A stretch of DNA of 64,000 nucleotides from assembly GCA_023515725.1 (NCBI GenBank), contig JALDTO010000192.1, positions 699,517 to 763,516 on the forward strand, given 5' to 3'. Each line of letters starts with the position of its first letter. Position 1 is the stretch's first letter. The position numbers and the translations under genes are program-made. This stretch comes from Amoeboaphelidium protococcarum X5 (Eukaryota; Fungi; Aphelidiomycota). Positions 24,820 through 38,662 of this stretch are shown one piece after another. The notes under the pieces were generated by a model. It was not told the DNA's origin. It saw nothing but the letters and a program-made list of their open reading frames with translations, and made no database searches.

Positions 24820-27477
24820 ATGGATAAGAGTAAGGGAGGTAAAAATAGCATGGATATTGACAGCATGGCTTCACCAGAGTTTATCCTCAGACATGCGATA
24901 CCTCATAGATTCTCTCCTTATTAGTGGCCCTCAAAGAATGGTGGCTTGTCGTTCAGTGCCATCTTTAACAGTGCTGGTGGTAATAAATCTAATCGATATG
25001 CCAAATGTGATCAATGTCAGTAAGAGAAGGCGCCTCCAACGCCTCAACACAGCAGAGCTAATAGTGGTATGGCCATGTCTGCAGATAGTGGAAAGTCGTC
25101 GCCTTTTCAGTCTCACGGTCTGTGGAAGTATCATCCTAATAACTACAACTAGTAGTATTAGCAGTAATTGCAGCAGCAGCAGTAGTAATAAGTATGGTTA
25201 AAGTGTAAGGAGTGTGGATTCATTTGCCATGAGTAATGTGCATCTGCGTGTAAACCAACCTGTGGTCTCTCCCCGCTGATGATCAATCAAGTGATGCAGA
25301 TGATGGAGAAGCACAACCGTCTCATGGTGAATAATAATGGCCATCTGAAGGTGTAAACTGCTGATTCCCTGCGATCCGCTTAATCTGATAGTAATATGAG
25401 CATTGATAATGATGATATTCAAATGGTGATTGAAGGTGATATCACATCTATGAATTAGAGTACATCTGGAAGTATGAAGTCTTCATCCAGACATTCTCCT
25501 TCTAACAATAGCGGTACTCCTACTAATAATAATAAATCGAGGTCAAAGAATCTGATCAAGAAGCATTAGTATGTTCGCCACTCCTTTGTCACTCCGAATC
25601 AGTGCTAGTAGTGTGGTGAGCAGATCTGGGGAGACACCAAGAGAGGGCTGAAGTGCTTTGATTGTGGCTCTTGTCTTCACACTCACTGCTTTGATAAGAT
25701 TGCGTATGTTTCTTCTGATAGTCCTAGTTTTAACACTATTTGGTATTGTGATCCTAATGAGATGATGAAGGAAGTGCTGTCTCCGTCAAGTGAAAAATTC
25801 AACTCTCTGGGCTTTGAAGAGGCTTAGCGAGATTTTGCTGATAGCTCCATGAACCTGGATGGCACTTATGGCTCGACGCGTAATGATCATGGCGTGAACA
25901 ATGACACTATGAATGGCACAAAGTAGAGGCGTGCTTTCGGTACGATTGGTGATACACTGATGCGTCTGCAGAGAAATTAGTACAAGCCCATTGATCCTCC
26001 ACCTCCACTCACTGAGATTTTCAATAAGAACATTGTCAAAATGGCTAATCCTGAGCCTGAGGCTGTCAAGTATCCCGATATTATTGCTGGTACTCTGGAG
26101 GGCTCAACTCACCGAAAGATTCATCCATTCCGCGGTCATGATTACCGAGCTACGTATCTCCAGCCAATGACTGATGAGAGAAATCAACTTCTCACTCGAT
26201 TTAGCTGTCAATATTGTCACAAGGAGTTGGGTGACGATGGTAGACAGTGTTACCAGTGTAAGCTGTGCAGTTACTATTGTCATAAAAAGTGTTATACTCT
26301 CACCAAGCCTTGTCCCGTCAGTATTGGGACTCTTGATGACCGTCTATCTCCAGCTGAGTTGGAGTTTGAAAGGTAGTAAACTCAAAAGTAAATTGGTGTT
26401 ATTCAGATGAGAAATTCAGTGATAAGTAGCACGATGGACCGGTAGCAGTTGGTCAAGTTTGTGGAAGATTTCAGCGATGAGTTGATCAGAAGCACTGCGG
26501 TTCAGGCTGCAGCACTGGAACGAATGGATAGTGAAGATGCGATTGTCTTGATGTCTGATTACAATATCGAAGATAAAATTATTGGCTCTGGGCAGTATGG
26601 TGTGGTAAAGAAGGGTTGGTACAAGCACAATCAAAAGTAAGCGGTGGCTATCAAGATCATTGACAAGCGAAAGCTTTGGGATCCGTTGAAGAAGAATTCC
26701 GCTCAGAATGGTCAGGTTGGTTCGGTCCCGACGATTTTAAAGAGAGAATTGGATATTCTCCAAAAGTTGGACCATGTTGGTATAGTGAGAATGCACAACT
26801 TCTTTGACACTGCACGCCATACTTATATCGTGATGGATCTTGCTAACAATGGTGATCTGTTGGATTTTATCATGTCCAATTAGAGGCTAGATGAAAAGCT
26901 GGTGCGCGAAGTTATTGCCATGTAGGTGATCAAGGCATTGAAATACTTGCATGATCGTGATGTTGTGCACCGTGATTTAAAGCCTGAGAATCTTCTGCTT
27001 TGTAAGAATGAGGTAGATGGTACACTGACAGTGAAGATTGCAGACTTTGGATTTGCGACTATATACGATAAGGTGGCCGGCACCAATAGCATGCAGTCTG
27101 CCGCACTCTTGTAGTCTGTGGTGGGTACCCCGGCTTATATGGCTCCAGAGATTGTAGATCCTCGAGTTTGGCATTACTGCGTTGATAAAAATGCACGCGA
27201 CATCAATGTGAAGAAGCCAAAGAAAGGATACGATAAATCCGCAGATATGTGGTCTTTAGGGGTCATCTTCTACGTCTGTCTTGGTGGTGTTTTCCCATTT
27301 GACACTCAGTAGCCTATCCTGGATCAGATAATGCGTGGTGAATTCTTCTTCCCTGACGAGTACTTTGATCAGGTGAGTGACGAGGCTGTGGACTTTGTAT
27401 GTAATCTACTTGTCGTCAATCCAAGGCGGAGAATGACCTGCGCTGAAAGTCTTAGACACGTCTGGTTAAGTGATTGA
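24820..27477 (+). CDS. Protein kinase D-like Ser/Thr kinase with three C1 domains (885 aa)
   Basis: Three H..CxxC..CxxC..HxxC..C units; kinase motifs [53 protein letters not shown]. Confidence 0.85.
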
Positions 27478-27639
27478 TTGACTGACTCGGAGTCTTCCCT
27501 ACCTCTACACGTGAACTTATTTATTAATAATAAAGTGTCAATGACTAAATTTTGTAATTAATTTCCATCTTGTATCTGATCCTTCTCTTATAGTTGGAAC
27601 TTTTCTTTGCTATTCAGCAGCGACAACTTGACAGAGAAA

Positions 27640-28161
27640 ATGGCCACACCGACAATGGTAAAACTGCTGCCGAAGTAGGCAGAGAAAGACGCGTAAGAGA
27701 TTACATGGGAAGATTAGAGTAAGATTAATTAGTTTGCCAAGCTGAATATGCGAAGAACAGAGAAGAAGCTGGCACTTGGCGATGATAACTCTGGACTTTT
27801 ATATGAGCTATAGGCCACTAAAGACGCTCTTGAGACTGTCGAGGAAATGGTCCTGCTCGAAGATGTGGATGAAGATCTCACTGATTTGGACATTCAGGAT
27901 GACGATGAGGTAGATAATAAGGCTAGTGCTGGCTAAAAGAACGTAGATAAATAGCACATCATACCTGTGCAGATTGGAGGTTCTTTTTATGACATGGAGT
28001 ATTAACGCGCGCAAGAATTTCTAGAGCGCAGATCCTCAGCTCTTTAGGAGCAGATTGATCAGATTAATAATCAATTGAAAGAAATTGAAGGCCAAATGAA
28101 CCAATTAAAGTCTGAATTATACGCCAAGCTGGGACAGACTATTAATTTAGAGTTTGAATGA
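27640..28161 (+). CDS. PFDN4: Prefoldin subunit 4 (Gim3)
   Basis: EITWEDQSKINQFAKLN...LKSELYAKLGQTINLE. Confidence 0.9.
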
Positions 28162-28316
28162 AGCACTGTGTCTATTGTTATAAAAATGATATGTTATACG
28201 GATTATGATCTCCTTTATTTAATCCTTCACGGGAACTTGCTATTTTACAAGCCAGATTTCTTCACTTCTTTGATTCAATAACTATTGATCTTAAATTAGT
28301 TTATCCTCTGACTAAA

Positions 28317-28508
28317 ATGGTGCAAGATCATAAGTTGAAATCGCGTAATATCTGGCAGTCATTCTAGAATCTACCTCCTCTGTAGAGATTGGGTGTCACT
28401 CTGAGCTTCACCACCACTGGCATTGTGGGAATGTATTTCATTGATGATAGCCGGCCCAAAGATTAAGGATTTCTGTAATGGTTCAAGCACATGGCTCTAA
28501 GCTGGTGA
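28317..28508 (+). CDS. Small single-TM protein (63 aa)
   Basis: MVQDHKLKSRNIWQSFQNLPPLQRLGVTLSFTTTGIVGMYFIDD...; AAAATG start context and AATAAA after the TGA. Confidence 0.5.
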
Positions 28509-29626
28509 TATTGTAATAAAAATCAAGTTTAATGAATGATCAATTTATTTTAGACATATCACGCTTCAAATATCACATTCAGCCAGTTCCGTCTGACCAT
28601 GTCTTGTTATTGGTCTCCTGGCGTGTATCAGACGATTCGTCGCGCCAACTCTTGGACGATGGTGGGCGGATGTTCATCTCAATCTCCCTGTTCTTACTCT
28701 CTGCCGGATACGCAGAAGGTTTCTTTTAATCTTTGGGAGTCTATTAACTAACTTCTGCAATGTGCTCTTCTGCTTTTTATCTCTGCGACTTGGCTCCATA
28801 CAATCTCACAACACTCTACTTCAATCGCCACTGTGACTGCTGTAACTATGAGGATCGTCTCACACTGTCACCGAACAGTTTTAAAACTTTCAATTAATGC
28901 TACATGATTCAGTACTCGATCTTAAAGCGGTTCATCCACTTATAACCGGTGTAATGAAAAAGAGGTTGCCTTCATAGGCGAGTCAACAGCATCACAAATC
29001 GTGTGAATCACATCATAGCATTGATTGCCGATTACTCTGAACAATTGCTTTATACGTCATTCGTACAGTATATTGTAACTTCACAAAATTTGAGATGCGG
29101 ACAAAAAACTCTAATTAAAAATCATCTCATCTAATGGCAAAACCAACAATCACATGCGTAATTGTCTTAAATCCACAATAATAACGTTGTGAGACACTGA
29201 GTTTCTTTTGGCATTACATCGATCCAAACCTCGCAGAAATGTTAGACCTGCGGTGAACAGTTGTTGAGCCATCATCGGCAATTGACGCCACGTGTTTCAT
29301 AAACACTTTGCGAGCGCTCTCTCTAGCTGGTTGTGCTCACGTTTAAGACGGGAGAAACACGGATTGGACGCCATGTGCTTTTGTGAGAAACCATTCGCAT
29401 TGTTTGACGATTATAGAATAGCTTATTCCAATATTAGTCATGTTATAAATGGCATAAGGTATGTTTACATTATGCATCAAGCGAAAGGTTGATATTAGCA
29501 TTAACCTTAGATCGTCACCTTCTTGTGAGAATATATTGCCTGACTTTCCTGTCAATCGCTCATCCGTGTTGTTATACAGAACGCCAATCGCTCATCGCTT
29601 TTTCTGTTTTCGGTCTAGGCTCTGCA

Positions 29627-31363
29627 ATGGACAGCGGAAAACTCCCGCCCATAGCGGCAACAACAACAGCAGCAATAGCAACAACTACAGCTGATGATGC
29701 TGCTGCTGCAGAGAGAAAAATTACTTTACCCGGAGTCGATGATATATGTCCTGCCAATGATAGCGATGGTCGAAAAGTGTTGATCGATGCTCGGATAAAT
29801 AGTAATTAGCTTCAGCGCGGCGGTCAAAGTTTGTCAAGGGATGACGCTAGCTCGGGGCGGGCGATGAGTAATAACTATACAGGACATTCTGCCATGACTA
29901 AGTGGACATCGGGATATGGATCATACACTATTTACAATGCTTAGGAAGGTGCTTCTATTGGATCGCAAGCCAGTTCTGGCCTTAACAACCATCAGCATCA
30001 TCACCAACATCAACATTAACAGTAATAGTACTAGTGGCAGTATGGAGGAGGCTTCAGCGGTGTGTCTGGATATTTGCCTTCATAGTCTTAGTCAAGAGGA
30101 TAATCATGGCCATTGAGTGCAAGCGGTGCATCTAATAGCGAAAGTGGACTTAGCCAGCGAAGTGGGCTCTCTGATCCTACTAATAGTAATAATGCTGGTG
30201 GAAGTATAAGATCGTCTGGCCAGTTCAACAGTAACACGAGTAGCGGTGGTAGTGCGAAGAGCTTAAATCAGGTGCCGTAGTAGTAACAAGGCTTTATTGT
30301 ATATCCTAATCCTGGTAATCAGCCTGTTTAGCATTCTCATTAGTAACTACACCATCCTCATCCCATACAACACGGTAATGTTCCTGCTGTTCGTGCACCG
30401 ATGTAAATTCCACAACATCATCCTCACCACCACCATCATCAACATCAGTATTAGCTGTAATAGTAGCACCATTAGTATTAGTAGTAGATATTTACAAAGT
30501 CGCTGTCTCCACTTGATCATGGTGCTAATGCTGGTGAAACAACATACATTAACAGTGCTTAAATGAGTAGATCATAGTAACAAATGGAGCGATAGCAGCA
30601 CTAGTAATAATAACTACATTCTAGATATCAAGATTCGTCATCGCTTTCATCCATGTTGTCCAACAGAAGGACTCGGGAGAATCTACCAAAGCATGTGACT
30701 CAGGCTCTCAAGAGTTGGCTTTTCAACAATCAGTAGAATCCGTATCCAAAAGAGAGTTAGAAGCGGGAATTGTGCAAGTAGCTTGGCCTGACACCTACAT
30801 AATTGAACAATTGGTTTATAAACGCCAGGAGAAGATATCTAAAGAAGAGTACTGCTGATTAATAGTCGTCATCACAGGATCAAGGCTCGAGATCATCTTA
30901 TGAGACTATGCCCGAGGCTGATGCAAGCGCCTCTGATAGCTATAATGCTTCTCCGTCAGATGTGCAATCACCACTGAAAGCGAGTCTGAATGATAACGGC
31001 GGTGCTGAGATGGTATATCCTAGTAGCGATGGTTAAGATACTGCTGCAGAAGATGAAAGTTCCGTGGAAGATGCTGCTATCTAAGTTGAATAATCTTCAC
31101 CATCAAAGTCCGTGTCAGGTTCCGCCTAGAATTCAATGACAGGAAATGAGTGGTAATATTAGTTGTAGCAATCGCAATAAAATGTTCCATAGTCTTAGTA
31201 GGGGGATTAGCGAGTCGCTGTAAAATAGTCGTAGGCCTAGGTAGTAAATGCTGATACTGCCGATAGCAATGAAGCACACAATGAACGCCAGTCGCATTTA
31301 GATCTTATACTAGTGGCAGCCACATTATCTAATCAAATGCATAATTTTGATTAGCCTAACTGA
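29627..31363 (+). CDS. TALE-class homeobox transcription factor (578 aa, Q/H-rich)
   Basis: RENLPKHVTQALKSWLFNNQQNPYP...LNNWFINARRRYL. Confidence 0.92.
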
Positions 31364-31505
31364 TTATAATATGTATACAGAAGTAGAGTGAATAATTTTA
31401 TGTATTCAATCTATTTAAATATGATTATTACAATCTTGTCATAGTTTTAGTGATGCTTCTATACTTGTTAAGGATCTAATCAAGTCGATGCGTTCATGTA
31501 ATCAG

Positions 31506-32621
31506 TCAAGAAATGTTAGACTGCCTGATGTACTTAATCACGTACAAATACTCAATACCAGCCCTTCGCTCTATTAAGATCTACACACAGAATGACAGAT
31601 TGATAGCCTTATTCATAATTTAATAGTCTTTAGTATAACTTGACGACCATCTTACCGATCCTAAAAGATTATGCCTCCGACCAAGTGCAATTAAATCTTA
31701 TATATCGTTCTATTTAATAGCAAGCAGATAAAATACTCCACCAACCTTCAAAAGAGTCTACATTTAATTTAAAGAAACTTATATATTAATATCTTGATAA
31801 AAGAGAAGTAGCGTACCTCAATCTATTGTGACTGAAATAATTGATCAATCAGTTCGCGGCCATTGACACCACCAGAGCAACTCCAGATGACTTCATTCTA
31901 ATCAGATCTGTTATCGCCCTGCACACTCTGAGTCTAACTACTGAGCACTTTATCCACAGACACAACTTCTTCATGGGATGATACAACATATGGAGGATTC
32001 CAAATCATAACGTCCACTCCGCCTCTCAATCGCTGCACCAAACTACTTGCAAAGCAATCATTAACAACGTTCAAGTCCATCTACAATTTTATCAACTTCA
32101 AATCAATCTTTAGACATACAATCAAGTCGCGGATAAGCTCACCTCATTATTAGATCCAGTTCTCAGAGTCGCGTCACATGCATGAATGTTTATATCAGTA
32201 CATAGATAGACTAAATAATTATAATTGGTGATATTCGTCAAAGTATTGAATATCTTACGTGTTTGATTCGATTTGAGAATCTAAGCCATAAACGTTGAGA
32301 TTACACCACTCCCAGATCTATATACATATGCATTAAAATTAGATCCATGCCATTATAATGATAGAGCGAAAGAATTAATTTACCCGATTTCAATGCATGT
32401 CTGAGGATTAATTAACTTGAGCTCTTCAAGATCTGTCTCCAACGCGTCGAGCATAAGAAATGTGTCTTCTACAAAGGATATTGCAAGGTGATACAACACC
32501 GCGATTATAAATGAATGCTCTTATAGAAGGATAAAAGGATATTACCGGAAGGTTCATATACTCTTTCAAAGTCATTTTTACTTAAATGTGAAAGATCAGG
32601 CGTTGGAAACTTCAAGTCCAT
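31506..32621 (-). CDS. N6AMT1: eRF1 methyltransferase HemK2/Mtq2 (multi-exon)
   Basis: VYEPS/EDTFLMLDALE, EIG/SGSGVIS and WNPPYV motifs across GT-AG introns. Confidence 0.88.
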
Positions 32622-32688
32622 TTTATAAAAGGAGATCAATGCATCAGTAGGTAAAAGAAGATCAAAATCTGATAAAAAAACCATAGTG

Positions 32689-34185
32689 TCATAACTTTGC
32701 ACCAAATAGCTGAGCGACTTTAATCGCTTGTCTGATTCCCAAATCCAACATCACCTACACTCATATAAAATGGTCCTTATAAGAGATGATAATAAATATC
32801 GCGCAGTAATATTAATAGTTTACCTCTTCAGTACCACCGCCGATAGCCCAGACTCTGACATCGCGGTACAAACGCTCAACACGTTCACCTTTACCGGAGC
32901 GAGTGTACGAGAAGCCACCAAAGATTTATGAAGATTCTCTGGCGCAAAACTCAAACAGTTGAATGGCCTGAGCTTTTAGCAGAGCCGTCGGTCCTCCCAG
33001 TCTCAGCAATTACTGCTCCTTGGGCATTGTCTTGATCTGCCATACCAAGTCATTCAGCCATCCTTGTGTGGCTTCAATCATCTTGGCCATATTGGACAAC
33101 TTGTATCTGACCACCTGATTGTCAATCAGCTTCTTCCCAAAAGCCTCACGCTGATGGGCATGTTTAATCGCGTCATGGAAGCACTCTCTGGAGAAGCGGA
33201 CGGCATGGATAATGCCAGACAGGCGCTCATGATTGAAATTGTACATAACGTACTTGAATCCATTGTTCTCTTTGCCAATAAGATTTTCAACTGGAACTTT
33301 AACTTGATCAAAGATTACAAATGTCGTGCCACTGCCCCAACCTCCCTGCATCTTCATCAAGCGCATGCTGATACCTGGCACGTCGCGCTCTATCAATAGC
33401 AGAGAGATACCACCCATGCCTTAACCGCCGGTCCTTACAGCCACAGTAAAGTAATCTGCGAATATGCCATTAGTGATGTACTTCTTCTCTCCATCCACAA
33501 TGTAATACTTTCCATCAGCAGTCTTTTTAGCTGTACATTTTATAGCACTCACCTACAAACTTACATATAGAACTGATGCTTTAGTAAACACGTTTTAACA
33601 ATCTCTGACATAGACTTACATCACTTCCAGCTCCTGGTTCAGTGACATTTAAACAAATGACTTTGCGACCATCAACAACATCGCGCATCTTCTGCTTCAA
33701 CCTGTCAGAGCCAAAGTGCAGCACCGGCGGCAGTGCAATACCATAGCCGGCAAGACCGAGCATGACACCACCAGACGCACACCTGGCAATCTCATCCTAG
33801 ACAACCATTTCATGGAATGCATCCCACTCATTAGGTAGAATACCACACGGCGGCTTAATGTCAGTGTAATTGGACGGCCAAGGCTGAATGCCCAACATGC
33901 CAGGTAAGAGTTGAGCATCGGCCAGCTTCTTCAGCAGAGGTTTAACCCATTTAGAATCGTTCGCTTCACTCCAATCTTGCACATCTGGCATAATGTGCTT
34001 CTCCACAAACTCTCTTGTGTATGCTCTCAATCTGCGGTGCGAGTCATTAAAGTAAGGGCTATTCCAATCAGGTTAGTACCACTACAAAAGCATGAAACTT
34101 CTATTATATGGCATGCAATGCTTCAGTAAGAACGTACCGCTGGATCAGCGAAGGGAATTTAATCACCAAATGCTTAGTCTGACAT
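32689..34185 (-). CDS. Acyl-CoA dehydrogenase (multi-exon)
   Basis: VTEPGAGSDV, GEKKYITNG, FNHERL, REAFGKKL, IGGGTEE/VMLDLGIRQ. Confidence 0.93.
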
Positions 34186-34458
34186 AACTGGCTTATAATG
34201 AGCAGTGGCCAATGTATTAAGCGACTTGAATTTTATTCAGCAATACAGGTAAAGATGTGATGTTAGAACAACTGTTACGTTTGAGAAGAAGGAACGGCCA
34301 CAAAGTCAACACGAAAATATTCCCACGGTCCTTTTTACATCAATAATGAGTATTATGTATCCGTGATTTATCTGAATGAATAATTGTAAAGATTAAATTT
34401 TTGTAAACTGTATACTAGTTGTTCAACTAAAACTTTGCAAGTTCAAAGCAACTAGTTT

Positions 34459-36350
34459 TCAGACAATTTCATTTACATTCAATATTGCACTTTCTTCTTA
34501 CAGTAAAGCCCTCATCTCCTCCAAGTTGATTCTAAAATTGTGAGGTTACAAGCATCTTGAAACCAAATTTTGCAAATGATCTTGATGTGGCGCGTATTGA
34601 ATTTTCCACTGGAATGTTGGAGGGAAACCAATAGTCATGGGGACATTCAAATGCCAGCTTCTAGCAGTATCACGCCAATCCACGATATTGAGCCAACTAA
34701 ACGAACTTTTCTCCAGACACAGCTACAGAATCAGCACGTCAACTGACCACAAGTCATAATTGTTCACAACTCTGTCATCTGGAACACTGTACTTTGCGTC
34801 CGCAGGCTTCCAAGAATGCTTATTCAGAATTTGTACAAGATCGTAATCAATCAGTATGATTTCACGCGCAGACTTCCAGCAAATGTTCTGAGATCGAATA
34901 TCGCAGTGAGCCATCTTAAATTCATCCTTCATTCTGATGAGAAAGTTTATCACTTATAAGAGTACATTGATCAGCTGGATATAATCAGATGGCGGTTAGT
35001 GTAACAAATCCCCCCTCTTATAAAAAGGCATCTGTAACAAGAAGCTATCCATCTTCCATTTATTAACTTGCGGGCCTTGCAATATAGTACCTGGAATTCG
35101 AGGTGCGCTTTAGAACAAATCAGATTGTAAAACGAAACTAGATGCAAGTAGATTTGAAGAATTAGACCAGAAACTCAGGAGTTTAAATACACAGTCTTGG
35201 CTTTCGTCTTCCGGTAAATACACATAGAGCGGGTTGTAATAACTTGGATGCGCAACCAATCGAGAAACATCAACATGTTAGTTTACCCCTTCTGAATAGC
35301 TTAAGGTGGCATCCAGCAGTTTTAGTAGTCGAGACCATTAATGTCGTCCTTCCTAATGTTCAGCTGAGATATGACAGCAAAAGCGCCACTTAGCCATGCG
35401 CACACTCCTTTCGCCATGTCTTAATCCTGATAAAAATCAGAGCACATCACTTCAAATCTACCACCGTCGGCTAACATGGTGGCATCCACGCGCAGAATAC
35501 GCATGCTTTTATGAGACATTAGAGGTACGTACACATACCAATTCTAACCAAATATAGCCGTAACATTATTACTGGAAAGCATTGGGAAGACGCGCTGTAA
35601 GAATGAGATACCGTAATCAGCCTCTCTATAAAATATAGGGCTCTTTTAAGAGGAGGTACTTTGACAATAATCAGCTTTTAAAGTAGAATCTTTGCTAACC
35701 TCAATCAAAGGACCAACCAAATCCGGTTTAAACTAATCTCCCTCGCTCTTAATACTCAGCATCAAACCAGGCTTACTCGTCAAAGGAGAGAATACGCTCA
35801 ATGTCATAACAGTAACTTCAGGAACGGAATTCGTAGACACATTCCTTGAACGCAATTCAACATTTTTATACAAAGTAAGATTTAGTTAATTCAAATGCAT
35901 TAAATTGATACAGCTTTCAACAAGATATTTCACCAAATTTTAAGCGCCTTAAACTTCACGCAATTCTTCCACCTTTGCATCTTTGGTTGGATCAGAAGCA
36001 ATACCAAGATAAGTGGCAATCTAACGATCATCGAGACTCATTTCAGACAAGCGCAGACTGCCAAATCTTTCTACATTCGTCATTACTCCTTATATCTGGC
36101 CAGGTGTTATATCAAATGGCTGAGAACTACTATTGGAAGCATGCATCAATTCAGTAATTAAATCTTGTACTTCAATCTTGTAGTCATACAAATCTATGTG
36201 CTCTTCACACAAATAATGAGAAGACGCATGACTCGTAACACTACTAGATGCAGAAGGTTTGACGTGAATCTACTACATCTCTGCGATTAGGCATGGAAAA
36301 CTCTCTGGTTCACCACGAATCATTTAAATAGTTCTGTTTCTGTCGCTCAT
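34459..36350 (-). CDS. Divergent protein-kinase-like protein with unknown N-terminal domain (probable 44-bp intron 35243-35286)
   Basis: CVFKL, HCDIRSQNI and IILIDYDL kinase-like motifs; a GT...AG intron joins the two frames. Confidence 0.65.
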
Positions 36351-36496
36351 AGATTCTTCTCTACAACTTTAATCGTCGCCTGGCAATGATTTCAATGAAG
36401 CCTGACGCGCCAATCGTTCTACTTCTCGCCTCATAACTAGACTAGATAAAAACTAAACACGCAAGACGGTAGCAACATTATTGCAAGCGAATGAAA

Positions 36497-38554
36497 TCAT
36501 TTATTTTAAATCGACGATAACTAAACTTCATACTTTGATTCCAAATCCTGGCCAGCTATGGAACGCGTAGCACCGGGATAGCTGGATGTCTGCTTTAATT
36601 CCAAGAGCGTACCTTTGCATTTAATCGCAAGATTCTCACTAGGTAGAGCTACTAATTTCTTAGAAAGAGCTTTCAAAGGGGCATTCTGCTGCGTATCGCC
36701 ATGGAGAATGAATCCCACAGCATCATAGTCGGAGGAACTTTAACTAAAATCAATCTTCATCATTTTAGGTAGATGCGGCAGATCATGTACGGAAGCTGAT
36801 CCATACGTAGCCATCGCATTCAGTGCACTCATTTTGCAATGATCATTCTGAACGACATCAACATTATCGCCCACCAATAAAACATTCTCAGGTCTTATCG
36901 CCTTCAACAGAGTGTAGACTTCCTGTCTTGAAGTTCTACATTAAAATGGAATCATCGAACAAGTCACCCAGTCACTGTCAGAGGAGCTCATCATCGACGA
37001 TGCTGTATCAGAAGATCCCAACAAAAGTGAGCGTTTATTAGGCGGCATCTCACTTGCATTCGGATTCAGCTTTCTCTTTCTATCTATCGGTGCATTGGCG
37101 GACTTTCCTTAGGTTGCAGAGTCATGCGATCGAGACAGAGATACAGTATCAGCGTCAAAGGTGACCAATTCTAAAGGAATAGCAGGTAATGCCTTATCGG
37201 TCAGTATTATATGGAGCCGTCTCTTAAGACAGAGGAGAGATTTTGAAAATATAAGAGTCTCGTCCACAACAGGGGACTGGTATTGCGCAAGCTTTCGATT
37301 AAACTGATAACATATAAACACGGCGGAGCTCTGATTATTAGCACCCAATTCTTGTATCAACTGCGGATTCAGCGCCGTCTCTGCCAGTACCAAATCTCCA
37401 TCTTTAATCCATTGCGTAAACTTATTTAGACGTTAAATCGACTGGCTATTCATCAGCGTATTCGTATCCACCTGTAGCTACTATGCTGGTGACAGAGCAT
37501 TAAGGTCAGGTTTGGTTTGTGAAGCCCATTCTATACAGAACGCTTCAAAGATCTTCAATAGAGTGGGAGCATAATTGCAGCACAGGTACATCTTAACACC
37601 CCTTCTCGAGACACCATCTGGGTATTTAACTCCACCAAGTGATTTTATACCTGTAGCTGAAGTATTTCCCGTCTATTGACTATGCAGTAGATTAGAGCTT
37701 TTCAACCCAAAATACAAATTGTCCATCATTTCAAATACATAATCAATGCCAGATAGTGAATTCAGCTAAGATTTATTAGGTAATATAGGTAGAAGTACGG
37801 ATCTCCGATCATCTTTAATATTCTTAATAACAGTTTAAACCAGTGTACGATTAGAAGAAGCTCCTTCTGATGCAGTATTATCAGTGTCAAAAGAGACTTT
37901 GGTACTATTCATAATAATCGCGTCAAACTTATTATTACCATGCGGCTATTGATACTTTAAATCCAATGGCTAACAAACCTTATCGCCAGTCATGGACCAT
38001 GACTACATCACAGCAATAGATTGTCCACACCTGGCCCTAACTCTCCACGCACAACTACCCAAAGACTTGCCACTGGGCACAGCGCAGACATGCTGAATCG
38101 CGTTGCCAGCTTGTACATCATTTCTAAATATTAAAATTTGGCCGTACTCAACTAGTACACATTTCCAGGTATCACATTGATTAGGCAAAGGTAAGATGTT
38201 CATCATCTCAGCCATAGCGGCGATCGGCTTAGTTAAGTGCAACACCAACTGTTAACGTTCAGAGGCAAGCGAGGACTAGAATGCTTTAACCGTCCACATA
38301 AGCGACGTCAAGTCTTCAGCGAAAACGTTCATTATATGGATTCTGTGACTTATTCTATGCCATTACGACATCGACTATGAAAATTGATCATTATCGCCAC
38401 CATCATCAGATGCAGACACAAACAGGAAGGCAATCCCATTATCTGCGTTATTCAACACGATAACACTATTATAACTCAAACAGCTCTACAACAACGTGAA
38501 ATAATTTAATTAAATATTTTATAATGAAAAAGATAAAACTCTTACTATAAACAT
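36497..38554 (-). CDS. Integrator subunit 9-like (inactive MBL/beta-CASP family); intron 38486-38545
   Basis: MFI/SCLS start, PSGKSLGSCAWRV, CQPLD, SVLLPILP, CIEWA and MIPFQCR...LLKAIRPENVLL follow the INTS9 motif order. Confidence 0.65.
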
Positions 38555-38662
38555 TGTATTACCACTTCTCACACTAAGTAGCGATAATAAAGTCCTTCTC
38601 TATCAGGCTTTCGATCTAACAAGAAGCGCGTCAGTTCACAACAAAAGCCAAAAAATATAAAT

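Noticed and set aside
28579-29280. Short minus-strand frames between the microprotein and the homeobox gene
   Set aside because: No consistent start, splice structure or recognisable motif
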